A stretch of DNA of 64,000 nt from Eremomyces bilateralis CBS 781.70 (Eukaryota): NCBI GenBank assembly GCA_010015585.1, contig ML975164.1, one strand, 5' to 3'. Each line of letters opens with the position of its first letter. Within the stretch, counting starts at the first letter, position 1. Positions 63,106 to 64,000 of this stretch are shown here, piece after piece. Both the position numbers and the translations under genes were made by a program. A model generated the notes under the pieces. The model made no database searches. It was given only the letters and a program-made list of their open reading frames with translations, and was not told the DNA's origin.

Positions 63106-64000
63106 ATGTCAGGCAGCACTCAACTCATTAGCGGTGTGTCCGCCAACCAGAATTCGCAGGTTGTAGCTGGCACTATCCATGGATCTGTGAACTTTGGGAG
63201 CAGCGAAAGTGAGAGTGCTTAGTTGGCTGTGGCCTCAAAGCAGCAGGAAGCTGACTGGCAATCTAGACTTGAACGATGTGCTCAGCTCCCTCCCCACCTC
63301 AGAGGACGCGCCGTTCAATACATACCAGCGACAACCCGACCCGGCCTGCCTTCCCGATGCCCGCGTTGATCTCCTTCAAAAGATCTACATCTGGGCTGAT
63401 GGCCGAGACGAGCGCTGTATTTTCTGGCTGAACGGCTTGGCCGGCACGGGCAAGTCGACAATTGCGCGCACTGTCGCCCGCAGGCGCTTCGATGAGCAGC
63501 AACTCGGAGCCAGCTTCTTCTTCTCGCGTGGCGGTAGAGATGTCAACCATGCAGACAAGTTCATCACGAGCATTGCGTGGCAGCTGGCGAACAACATACC
63601 CTCTCTCCACCAGCACATTTGCGATGCCATCATAGAGCGCCGCGACATTGCGAGTCAGTCCCTCCGCGACATTGCGAGTCAGTCCCTCCGCGACATTGCG
63701 AGTCAGTCCCTCCGTGACCAGTGGCAGCAGCTTATCCTACGTCCACTATTAAAGCTAGGTGAAAACGGCGGCCAGTCCTCGTACACGTCGTTGATGCGCT
63801 CGATTAGTGCGACGGTGACAATAATATCCGGATTATCATACACCTCTTGGCTGAAGCTCGATTATTAAAGACGGTTCGACTACGAGTCTTGCTGACCAGC
63901 CGATCTGAGATTCCAATCCGATATGGATTCCGTCAGCTACCGAATGCGAATCTCCAGGATATTGTACTTCACGGCATATCACCCTCAATCGTAGATCACG
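63106..64000 (+). pseudogene. HET-E-like NACHT NLR gene, disrupted, running off the window; intron 63209-63266
   Basis: LSSLPTSEDAPFN...CLPDARVDLL...IFWLNGLAGTGKSTIART...LGASFFFSRG. Frameshift near 63785; Walker B reads VVDALD* (TAG at 63805-63807); the shifted frame continues CDGDNNIRII...RVLLTSRSEIPIRYGF. Confidence 0.85.
63641..63712 (+). repeat. Perfect 24-bp tandem triplication encoding RDIASQSL x3
   Basis: cgcgacattgcgagtcagtccctc three times, in frame. Confidence 0.95.

Noticed and set aside
1..64000. Numerous overlapping and antisense ORFs in the track, e.g. 1889-2500, 11634-12446, 21833-22435, 43604-44176
   Set aside because: Shadow frames of GC-rich codon usage; low complexity, mostly TTG/GTG starts, no motifs.
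45000..64000. Starship giant transposon as carrier of the accessory block
   Set aside because: No tyrosine-recombinase captain or boundary repeats visible, and the housekeeping gene DPH7 interrupts the region.

Overview
Nuclear DNA of a filamentous ascomycete (Pezizomycotina, probably a Dothideomycete), with short GT-AG introns and CTRAC branch points. The conserved part carries an NDR-family kinase (5'-truncated by the window), PYM1, UBR1, an intron-containing tRNA-Ala(AGC), a 2H-phosphoesterase, the APSES regulator StuA with about 12 kb of gene-free upstream sequence, a DDHD phospholipase A1, a DUF1917 protein and an SS18/SSXT-like Q-rich protein. From about 45 to 60 kb lies an accessory-looking block: secreted alpha/beta-hydrolase, Zn2Cys6 factor, AA9 LPMO, class-3 lipase and HSL-type esterase, mixed with a hAT-type MITE, a MULE relic and a RecQ fragment. 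DPH7 and a disrupted NACHT (NLR) gene close the window. Best leads: (1) stuA has kilobase-long AUG-purged leader exons, minimal uORFs and a 128-codon in-frame extension that could start at a CUG in strong context; (2) the hydrolase-TF-LPMO trio shares CGG-N5-CCG promoter sites; (3) the NLR carries a HET-s-like N-terminal amyloid motif; (4) an oversized intron of the 2H gene is tiled by hairpins. All calls were made by eye and no searches were run.
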